From: Kiritimatiellia bacterium
GTDB taxonomy: Bacteria; Verrucomicrobiota; Kiritimatiellia; RFP12; UBA1067
Length of the DNA: 64,000 bases
Reading direction: 5' to 3'
Assembly: GCA_045599445.1 (NCBI GenBank)
Contig: JAZRWB010000075.1
Span: 4,697-68,696 of the forward strand
The notes under the pieces are model-generated. The model saw nothing but the letters and a program-made list of their open reading frames with translations, ran no database searches and was not told the origin of the DNA. Below are positions 57,491 through 64,000 of the stretch, piece after piece (the first letter of the stretch is position 1; each line of letters opens with the position of its first letter). Position numbers and translations under genes: made by a program.

Positions 57491-57595
57491 ATGATTAAGG
57501 TTTATACATACTTTTGTACTTCGTCAATTCACAAGGGCCATCTCAATATTATCAACGAAGCTTGCAAACTCGGTGAGCGTCGATTGAAAAAGTAA
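57491..57595 (+). pseudogene. 34-codon remnant of a cytidylyltransferase (HxGH nucleotidyltransferase N-terminus only)
   Basis: MIKVYTYFCTSSIHKGHLNIINEACKLGERRLKK*. 'IHKGHLNIINEA.KLGE' matches the H-x-G-H block of TagD/phosphonate-pathway cytidylyltransferases ('LIHPGHLNIIKEA.KLGE'). No continuation is found in any frame. Confidence 0.5.
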
Positions 57596-57829
57596 ACGAA
57601 AGTTTATGGTATTGAACAGGCCTCGGCGGCGTTTTGCGTTGTCGAGGTTTTGTTTACTTTTGCAAAGATGGCGAAATTCGTAGAAATTATCAGAGTCGAA
57701 GATGAAGTCGAAGTCGAACAAAGGAGGGTAGAATTCCTCTGTTCACCCTCAACTTCAACTATCTCTTCAAGCGAAAGTCGTATCTACGACTTGGAAGTTG
57801 CGTAGGCCCAGGGTATTTACAAATTGCGC

Positions 57830-57859
57830 TTGCCGTTGATGAGAATAGTGTGGTATAAT
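57830..57859 (+). promoter_or_regulatory. Promoter of the non-coding transcript
   Basis: TTGCCG (57830-35), an 18-nt spacer, then TGgTATAAT (57851-59). It matches the extended -10 consensus that recurs upstream of operons in this window. Confidence 0.6.
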
Positions 57860-57865
57860 AGACAT

Positions 57866-58262
57866 ACATTGATCTTTGACATCGGCGGGTGGCAGTTGCG
57901 CCCGCTATCGGGCTGAAGCGAGAAATCGTCGAGGCCAGAACCTCAAAATCGGAGTCCACAACGAGCCGAGGAGAGGAGTTGGGAACTCCCAAAAGGATCT
58001 TGACAGCGTACGCAGCTTGCGTACTGAGCTTTATCTGAAAACCGCTAATTTCCAGAGAACTAAAGCGAGGTATGTGAGTGCGTCACGTGGCAAGTTCCAT
58101 GTGGCGTGCTTTCTGATCGTGTTTTAGTTCGGGCTCTTAGCGGTGCCTCTTGTAAGACAAGATTCGGAGGGTGCGCCACACTATTTCCACGCAAAAGAAA
58201 CGCGAGAGAACAAGCGGCACATTCAACCTGAGCGACAGATGTGAATGTGCCGCTCTTCTTTT
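57866..58262 (+). ncRNA. Candidate ~400-nt structured non-coding RNA (family unknown), or long structured leader
   Basis: Bounded by the promoter above and an intrinsic terminator, with no credible ORF. G+C is about 52% by hand count against roughly one-third in the flanks. It has multiple hairpins, including a 13-bp stem (58078-58109) with four G.U pairs that are only possible on the + strand. Confidence 0.5.
58213..58262 (+). terminator. Rho-independent terminator
   Basis: 13-bp perfect stem AGCGGCACATTCA / TGAATGTGCCGCT (58213-25 / 58242-54), a 16-nt loop, then CTTCTTTT. Confidence 0.8.
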
Positions 58263-58319
58263 ACCCGGGCGGGGAGGGTGGTGCAAGGTATGGGGCGCGG
58301 GAAAAGAAAGGGAGCTTAA

Positions 58320-58694
58320 ATGAATGCTGAAGAAATAATGAAAATTCTATATTCAACTTCGAAGGAAGATTGGATTGTGTCCCCTGATACAGATTCATAC
58401 ACTTACAGAGCAGATGTTTTATTGAGGATACAAAAACATCCTGTTGATTATTCCATTACGTTTGAGGGTGAGGATTGGGCTGTGGATCATAATGACCCTA
58501 ATGCATACAAGGTCATTTACGGTGTTTACTATGGGGATTCCTTTATAATAGAGAAAACCCTTGTTGCCGTTGATGGTTGTCGCGCAATTTTACCCATGCC
58601 CCGAAAGGGTACGACTGAAATCTCACTCGAAGACTACAAGTTCGCGAAGATCGTTGCTCCTAATTCGTTGGATGAATACATAGCTCGTTCGTGA
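58320..58694 (+). CDS. Hypothetical 124-aa protein
   Basis: GGGAG RBS 6-10 nt upstream. Soluble, acidic/aromatic composition (MNAEEIMKILYSTSKEDWIV...). No motif recognised. Confidence 0.55.
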   Translation: MNAEEIMKILYSTSKEDWIVSPDTDSYTYRADVLLRIQKHPVDYSITFEGEDWAVDHNDPNAYKVIYGVYYGDSFIIEKTLVAVDGCRAILPMPRKGTTEISLEDYKFAKIVAPNSLDEYIARS

Positions 58695-58764
58695 TTAAAT
58701 GTAGCTGAGGCTAATTGATAGCTATTGCCTTTACGCGATGAATTACATTAGTAAGGAGAACGAT

Positions 58765-59676
58765 ATGATTAAAGATAAAAATACCCTTGACAAGTGGTTT
58801 GCGAATAATTATCAAGGTTATGGCGAGGTTGAGAATCTTTATCATTATACGTCTATTGAGGCATTGGAAAGTCTGACGCGAGGAGAGGGCGATCTTCGAC
58901 TCACACATTACAAATTCTTAAACGATAGAAGCGAGTTCGACATTGGAAGGCAAACTATAATTGAAATTCTTCAAAGCCTAAATCTTGAGCATAAAGAAAA
59001 GTATCTTCAAGAAATTCAAGGGAATGACCTTGATACGCAATTCCTTCAGAAGCAGTATCAGATGCCTTGGATCGCGTCGTTCTCTGCCGAACGTGATTCT
59101 TTATATCAATGGATTGCATACACGCCTCGTGACAAGGGCGGTATCGCATTGTCACTGAATACCCGAGAATTGTTGCAGAAGGTGCAAACAGCAAATGCTT
59201 CTTATGGAAGGTTTGATTGTGACACGGGATTAGTGCCTTGCATTTATCTTGTGCCGTGTTTCTATAAAAATAAAGACACGGACCGATTAAGTGAGTTTGT
59301 CGATTTTCTATTCGGAACGTATTTGCCCGATGTTCAATCACGATGCAAAAAGGAAGAGGGGCGTAGGACTGCTTTCTATGAGGTTGTGATGATCGGTTCG
59401 TCGCTGATTAAGCATGATGCATTCCGCTTTGAAAGGGAATGGAGGATTGTGTTTCTTCCGAATCAAGAGGAGCAGATGAAGGTCGTTATGCCGTATGGGA
59501 ATAAGTTAGCATCTGGACTTTGGGATGCCCAACACCCCTTTGGGCAGGATGTAAAAGAGGTTATGCTTTCGCCACATGGGAACCTCGAGGCTCTTTCAAA
59601 GAAGGTAAACTGGATAAAGGAAATGCGGTCGTTGCCGTTTAAGCTGTCGCCAAGTGACATACCGTATGTAGGTTGA
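58765..59676 (+). CDS. DUF2971-family protein
   Basis: 'NLYHYTSIEALESL.......LRLTHYKFLNDRSEF' matches the DUF2971 N-terminal signature (YHYTS...L...NDP.E). ATG 58765 has AAGGAG 6 nt upstream; the track start is 58738. Confidence 0.65.
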   Translation: MIKDKNTLDKWFANNYQGYGEVENLYHYTSIEALESLTRGEGDLRLTHYKFLNDRSEFDIGRQTIIEILQSLNLEHKEKYLQEIQGNDLDTQFLQKQYQMPWIASFSAERDSLYQWIAYTPRDKGGIALSLNTRELLQKVQTANASYGRFDCDTGLVPCIYLVPCFYKNKDTDRLSEFVDFLFGTYLPDVQSRCKKEEGRRTAFYEVVMIGSSLIKHDAFRFEREWRIVFLPNQEEQMKVVMPYGNKLASGLWDAQHPFGQDVKEVMLSPHGNLEALSKKVNWIKEMRSLPFKLSPSDIPYVG

Positions 59677-59742
59677 AAGCGGAAGAAAATATAAGCAGGT
59701 TCAAGAAGAATTTGCGGAATTTAGCAAGGAAGGAAAGAAAAA

Positions 59743-61914
59743 ATGAAAAAGATGATTGGTGCGCTGTGCTGTGTATTGCTGTCATTGTCTCTATTTTCCG
59801 ACATCAAAGTTTCGGATGTGAAGGTATTTTCGGGTTATCCGTGGCATGAGGTGGCTATCGGATACACGATTACCGGCACTGCGGATGAAACCTTTGGATT
59901 GCAGATTTCCGCTACGGATAATGTGAGTGGTAATAGTTACGAATGTAAAACGCTTGATGGTGTGAGTTTGACAGAAGGTAACCATATTGTAAAGTGGAAT
60001 GCTTCTGCGGATGGAGCAAAGTTTAAATCAAGTAGTGTGGTTTTTACTGTTAAAGTCGGAAAACTCCAATATTGTGTAGTCGACCTTTCGGGCGGAACGA
60101 TGGCTACAAGCTACCCTGTAACGGAACTGATAGACGTTCCGTGCGGCGGTTGGACAGATGAGTACAAGACGACAAAGCTCGTATTACGGCGCATAGAGGC
60201 GGGATCGTTTATCATGGGAGACGACCAGGCGAACGAAGTGCATCGTGTGACACTAACATGCCCGTTCTATATGGGTGTCTTTGAAGTGACACAAAAACAG
60301 TGGTCTCTTGTGATGGGGACGGTTCCTTGGTCGAGTACTAGATACGGAAAGGGCGAAGATTATCCAGCGCATTACATTTCGTATGATATGATTCGAGGTA
60401 ATGTAAAGGGTGCCCTTTGGCCGATTTCGTCGGAGGTAGATCTAGACAGTTTTATGGGAAAACTTCAATTGAAGACTGGGCTCGTTTTCGATTTACCGAC
60501 TGCGGCTCAATGGGAGTATGCCTGTCGTGCGGGATCAACAACGACCTACTATTGGGGTAATGTTATACATGGCGATTTTGCGTGGTATTCTTCCAATTCA
60601 AATGGTAAGGCACATCCTGTCGGAACAAAGACACCAAATGCCTGGGGACTTTATGATATGAGTGGTAACATGTGGGAAAGATGTAGGGATTGGGCTGGAT
60701 CGTTGGTGTATGGAATGGATCCTCAAGGTGTGTACTTTGACGTTGGACGAGAGGATCGTGGTGGTTCGTTTGACAATTCGGAAGGGAGTCTTGTGTCATC
60801 CTTGCGTCACAGTCAAAGTCCGGAAGTCCCGGACGATGACTTTGGATTTCGCGTTTCTAGAACTCTTGTTGCTAATTGTTCAGTCGTATTTAACGCTACC
60901 GGTGGAGCGGTGGGAATGGCATCACGAGTAATCAATTGTGGTACACCTCTCGGTGTACTTGAGACCCCCGTACGAGAAGGGTTCGAGTTTTTGGGTTGGT
61001 ACACGGCTGAAACGGGCGGGACTCGTTTCGACGAGTCAGCGATTGTGCGTGGCGATTTGACGCTTTATGCGCGATGGGTGCCGATAGATGAAACTGAACT
61101 GTATTGTGTCGTTGATCTTTCGGGGGGGACAAGCGTGACTAACTATTCAGTATCGTATATGAACGCTGTTCCTGAGGGAGGTTGGACGGATGAGTATAAG
61201 ACAACAAAACTCGTATTGCGCCGTTTGAATGCGGGCACGTATGTCATGGGGAATGATCAAATGGATGAGACGCATCGAGTGACGCTCACGAAATCGTTCT
61301 ATGTGGGTGTCTTCGAAGTGACGCAGAAACAATGGTCTCTTGTGATGGGGACGAATCCCTGTGCCAACACTTCTTACGGGAAAGGGGATGATTATCCTGT
61401 TCATTATGTCTCATATAATATGATTCGTGGCAGTTTGGAGGGGGCTCAATGGCCGACATCATCGACCGTTGATACGATGAGCTTTGTCGGTCAATTGAGA
61501 ACGAAGACAGGACTTGATTTTGATCTGCCGACTGAAATACAGTGGGAATATGCGTGTCGTGCGCATTCTGTGACCGGATATTATTGGGGTAATTCTATGA
61601 ATGATGATTACGCATGGTATGATTCAAATTCTGGTGGCAAAACACATCCGGTTGGAAGGAAACGACCGAATGCTTGGGGGCTGTACGACATGTGTGGCAA
61701 TGTGTGCGAATGGAATCTTGACTGGTATGACTCGACCCTGCCGTACGGTACAGAACCAAGGGGGCCTTCTTCTTCGGGGGTGGGGCGGGTGTTTCATGGT
61801 GGTGGCTGGTTTGCTAATGCGAACAGCTGCACGTCATCCTATCGGGGCGGTTGTCCTCCGGTGGGTGCCAACAATGACAGCGGTTTTCGCCTAGTCAGAA
61901 CTCTGTCCAAGTAA
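59743..61914 (+). CDS. Secreted protein with Ig-like N-domain and two FGE-sulfatase (SUMF1/C-type-lectin-fold) domains separated by a Listeria-Bacteroides repeat
   Basis: Signal peptide MKKMIGALCCVLLSLSLFS. Two copies of 'GGWTDEYKTTKLVLRR...G.FEVTQKQWSLVMGT...YP.HY.SY.MIRG...WEYACRA......YYWGN....DYAWY..NS.GK.HPVG.K.PNAWGLYDM.GN..E'. Between them lies 'FNATGG...REGFEFLGWYT...G.RFDE' (Flg_new-type repeat). Confidence 0.75.
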   Translation: MKKMIGALCCVLLSLSLFSDIKVSDVKVFSGYPWHEVAIGYTITGTADETFGLQISATDNVSGNSYECKTLDGVSLTEGNHIVKWNASADGAKFKSSSVVFTVKVGKLQYCVVDLSGGTMATSYPVTELIDVPCGGWTDEYKTTKLVLRRIEAGSFIMGDDQANEVHRVTLTCPFYMGVFEVTQKQWSLVMGTVPWSSTRYGKGEDYPAHYISYDMIRGNVKGALWPISSEVDLDSFMGKLQLKTGLVFDLPTAAQWEYACRAGSTTTYYWGNVIHGDFAWYSSNSNGKAHPVGTKTPNAWGLYDMSGNMWERCRDWAGSLVYGMDPQGVYFDVGREDRGGSFDNSEGSLVSSLRHSQSPEVPDDDFGFRVSRTLVANCSVVFNATGGAVGMASRVINCGTPLGVLETPVREGFEFLGWYTAETGGTRFDESAIVRGDLTLYARWVPIDETELYCVVDLSGGTSVTNYSVSYMNAVPEGGWTDEYKTTKLVLRRLNAGTYVMGNDQMDETHRVTLTKSFYVGVFEVTQKQWSLVMGTNPCANTSYGKGDDYPVHYVSYNMIRGSLEGAQWPTSSTVDTMSFVGQLRTKTGLDFDLPTEIQWEYACRAHSVTGYYWGNSMNDDYAWYDSNSGGKTHPVGRKRPNAWGLYDMCGNVCEWNLDWYDSTLPYGTEPRGPSSSGVGRVFHGGGWFANANSCTSSYRGGCPPVGANNDSGFRLVRTLSK

Positions 61915-62005
61915 TTATATGGCAAAAGGAATCGGGTACGTGTGTTAGGTTCGGCAGTACCCTTCCGTGGGCCGATGAAGAAAAGAATGCGAAATGGATA
62001 GGTTG

Positions 62006-62143
62006 ATGAAAATGAAGAAAATTGTGTTGCTGGCTGCTCTGACGTTTTCAGTTATGTATTCTGCTGGGGCCGAGGTCTATGCTGAGGCGAGCTCGGTTGC
62101 AGTAACTGTTGACACGATGTCTGTCGAGGGGGGGGGATGTTGA
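62006..62143 (+). other. Orphan signal-peptide leader ORF (45 codons), out of frame with the downstream large ORF
   Basis: MKMKKIVLLAALTFSVMYSAGAEVYAEASS... ends at a TGA 5 nt after the G9 tract. It fuses in frame to ORF 62109..63857 if the tract is G8. Confidence 0.75.
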
Positions 62144-63857
62144 GGCGCCTGTTTCGATCGCCTACGGGAGCGTAGGCCCTTTTGATTGTACACTTTCCTT
62201 AGATGGCGTTGAATTGATGTCGTCTACGGAAAATGGAATCTATCGGTGGTGCCCGAATTCACTTGGAGAACATACGCTCGTGTGGTCTTCCGGGAATATG
62301 GCGATGACGACGACGGTGAATGTCGTGTCGCTGGTGATGCCTACTCCGGAAATTACGCCTGTGGACGGTACGGTGATTGGCGATTCACAATCAGTCATGA
62401 TTTCAAGTGTTGTGAATGATGCGCAAATCTACTACACAATAGATGGCAGTGAGCCGACGAGTTCGTCGGCGGCCTATCAGAAGCGCTTCCGCGTGTCGGG
62501 TAAGACGACCGTCAAGGCGATTGCAATGCGTGAGGGGTGGACCGATAGCGTGGTCGCAGTTGCCCATTACGCGCTCGGGCAGTGCCCTGATCCAGTGATC
62601 GTTTCGGCGGGCGGGGAGACTTTCCTGCACAATGGCAATCAGGTTTCGATTGACTGGAATTGCGCGGATGGCGTTCTGCGGTATACGACGGACGGCAGCG
62701 ATGTGACGGAGACGAGTCCGGCGTATGCGGGTGCGTTTACGATTGACGACACGACCGTGATCAAGGCGAAGGCGTTTGGTGAAACGTACTTCGACAGCGT
62801 GCAGGTAGAATTGACGGTGACGCGCGAGTGGGAACCGGTTGCGATGCCGGTGATCGCCGCGCCGGAAACGTTCAGCGGCGGCAAGACAACGGTGACAATC
62901 TCGTGTACGACCGAGGGGGCGCTCATTCGCTATACGACGGATGGTAGCGAACCCAACTCGCATTCGCGCCGCTATTCGGGTCCGTTCGAGGTGAGCGAGA
63001 CTATGGTTGTGAAGGCGTTTGCGAGTTTGGCAGACTACACCAATTCTGCAATCGCCACGAAATTGATCACGAAGGTGTGGGCGATTGGCGATTCCGTGGG
63101 GTTGCCCGACCACTCGTTTACGACGGAGGGTGGCGCCGGCTGGGTCGACGAGGGCGGAGTCGCGATGAGGTCCGGCGCGATTGCGGACGAACAGGTGTCG
63201 ACCCTGAAGTCGACCTTCGTCGGCAAGGGACGCCTGACATTCGACCTCAAGACCTCGTGCGAAGAGGACGATCCGGTCTTCATGGAATACGACCATGCCG
63301 AGATATGGATCGACGGCGTTCGCAAGGTGAAGCGCGACGGCGTGCACGACTGGTCGACGTTTGTCTACGATCTTGGCGAGGGACCGCATGTTGTCGAATG
63401 GAAGTATGTGAAGGACGACCTCGACGAGGTCCGATACCCGGGCGAAGATTGCATTTGGGTGAGGAATGTCGTCTGGCTCCCCGAATCTACCTGTACGACG
63501 GAAGTACCGGTTCCGCTTTCCTGGATTAGGGAGAAGTTCGGCGATCTCGGTACCTACTACTACGATTACGAGGAGAAGGCCAACGGGGTTGCCGCGAACG
63601 GGCATAGGGTCTGGGAATGCTACGTCGCCGGCGAAGACCCGACGGACGCCACTTCGAAGCTTACGGCGCTCATTGAAATGTCCAATGGCGTGCCGTTGGT
63701 TTCCTGGACGCCGGATTTGAATGAAGGTGCGGGTAAGGTCGGTACGAGAATCTACACCATCATGGGCTCGAACGATTTGAAGAATTGGTCGGCCGTTCCC
63801 GATGGACAGGAAGTGAACTTCAAGTTCTTCAAGGTCGTGGTGGAAATACCGCGTTGA
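62109..63857 (+). CDS. Large surface/secreted protein with three chitobiase/hexosaminidase-C-like (Fn3-associated) repeats; currently frameshifted from its signal peptide
   Basis: Three repeats of the type 'I.YT.DGSEP...S..Y.G.F.V...T.VKA.A......S.....'. The ~250-aa C-terminal domain ends 'NWSAV......FFKVVVE'. The TTG start in the track is probably artefactual; see the G9 tract. Confidence 0.65.
   Translation: MTRCLSRGGDVEAPVSIAYGSVGPFDCTLSLDGVELMSSTENGIYRWCPNSLGEHTLVWSSGNMAMTTTVNVVSLVMPTPEITPVDGTVIGDSQSVMISSVVNDAQIYYTIDGSEPTSSSAAYQKRFRVSGKTTVKAIAMREGWTDSVVAVAHYALGQCPDPVIVSAGGETFLHNGNQVSIDWNCADGVLRYTTDGSDVTETSPAYAGAFTIDDTTVIKAKAFGETYFDSVQVELTVTREWEPVAMPVIAAPETFSGGKTTVTISCTTEGALIRYTTDGSEPNSHSRRYSGPFEVSETMVVKAFASLADYTNSAIATKLITKVWAIGDSVGLPDHSFTTEGGAGWVDEGGVAMRSGAIADEQVSTLKSTFVGKGRLTFDLKTSCEEDDPVFMEYDHAEIWIDGVRKVKRDGVHDWSTFVYDLGEGPHVVEWKYVKDDLDEVRYPGEDCIWVRNVVWLPESTCTTEVPVPLSWIREKFGDLGTYYYDYEEKANGVAANGHRVWECYVAGEDPTDATSKLTALIEMSNGVPLVSWTPDLNEGAGKVGTRIYTIMGSNDLKNWSAVPDGQEVNFKFFKVVVEIPR
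62128..62136 (+). repeat. Homopolymeric G9 tract (putative slipped-strand phase-variation site)
   Basis: Counted directly: nine consecutive G at 62128-62136, lying between the signal-peptide frame and the body frame. Confidence 0.95.
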
Positions 63858-63926
63858 GGCAAGGGATAACCGTCCCGATCGTCCGTCCTTAGGAACCCGT
63901 TGGGGGCAGACCGCGAAGTACAGCGC

Positions 63927-63983
63927 CTCCGCGTTCTCCGCGCTCTCTGCGTGAGGAAGATGTCTCACGCGGAGAACGCCGAG
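63927..63983. repeat. Imperfect inverted repeat / long hairpin downstream of the last gene
   Basis: CTCCGCGTTCTCCGCG (63927-42) pairs with CGCGGAGAACGCCGAG (63968-83): 15 of 16 positions, with one C/C mismatch. No T-tract follows. It is close to the window edge. Confidence 0.4.
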
Positions 63984-64000
63984 TACACAGAGGCTTTTCA

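Noticed and set aside
57524-57721. 65-aa minus-strand ORF downstream of the cytidylyltransferase stump
   Set aside because: The peptide is low-complexity and Phe/Asp-rich, with no start context. The region is better read as decayed remains of the truncated gene.
57869-58010. Direct repeats GATCTT(T)GACA(T/G)CG at about 57871 and about 57995, each containing TTGACA, considered as internal -35 boxes
   Set aside because: No -10-like hexamer lies 16-19 nt downstream of either. They are more likely part of the RNA sequence or structure.
57876-58127. 83-aa TTG-initiated + ORF and 77-aa minus ORF (57759..57992) inside the proposed ncRNA region
   Set aside because: The TTG start has no RBS, and the sequence is highly basic and looks non-globular (…RYRAEARNRRGQNLK…). 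The minus ORF runs through the promoter. A non-coding interpretation explains the hairpins, the G.U pairs and the terminator better.
57866-58262. Whether the RNA is a known housekeeping RNA (RNase P, tmRNA, SRP/4.5S, 6S) or a common riboswitch
   Set aside because: I could not find the conserved blocks: GAGGAAAGUCCGG for RNase P; the tRNA-like ends and tag ORF of tmRNA; the GGAAG-containing SRP hairpin; the end-to-end rod of 6S; or a B12 box and similar riboswitch cores. This is only an eye check, so an Rfam scan is still required.
62403-63968. 521-aa minus-strand ORF
   Set aside because: It is antisense to the repeat-domain surface protein and very Arg-rich. The + frame shows three clean domain repeats.

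Overview
This is a 64-kb window from a high-GC Gram-negative genome; hand-sampled backbone 60-mers are about 60-65% G+C. Gene content (oadGAB, GGGtGRT, PEGA, FGE-sulfatase-domain and Listeria-Bacteroides-repeat surface proteins) suggests an anaerobe of the PVC group (Lentisphaerota/Kiritimatiellota-like), but the taxon is a guess. Every gene I can support (about 60 CDS plus 1 tRNA) lies on the + strand. The many long minus-strand ORFs in the track are Arg/Pro/Gly-rich antisense shadows.

Backbone, 1-42.4 kb:
- a TPR/vWA pair
- a GT2-ACP-NeuD-like acyltransferase trio
- purE and UDP-glucuronate decarboxylase
- two paralogous tolC-hlyD-ABC ATPase-FtsX permease (MacAB-TolC type) cassettes, each followed directly by one half of a split purH
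- an RND-like exporter/acyltransferase pair
- hisI, oadGAB, an LpxC-family protein and efp
- metG packed into a tight operon with TadC-like, FHA, PEGA and tlyA genes
- a NifU-like + GGGtGRT pair and tRNA-Met(CAT)
- LPS-core-type genes: GT4, wecE, a GT8-LpxL fusion, a sulfatase-family membrane protein and a GT2

Low-GC island, from about 42.46 kb (composition drops and becomes mosaic):
- a hipB-hipS-hipT-like three-gene toxin-antitoxin locus with two palindromic operators
- a lipooligosaccharide/O-antigen-type glycosyltransferase island (GT25, rmlC, GT10 fucosyltransferase, GT8, several GT2, an acetyltransferase) interrupted by two orphan ATPase genes
- a truncated cytidylyltransferase
- a roughly 400-nt promoter-to-terminator GC-rich non-coding transcript, followed by a 124-aa ORF and a DUF2971 protein
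- two large secreted proteins; the second is separated from its own signal peptide by a G9 homopolymer, a phase-variation-type frameshift

The most novel-looking element is the RNA + ORF124 + DUF2971 module at 57.8-59.7 kb. All functional calls come from motif recognition by eye; no database search or folding program was available.
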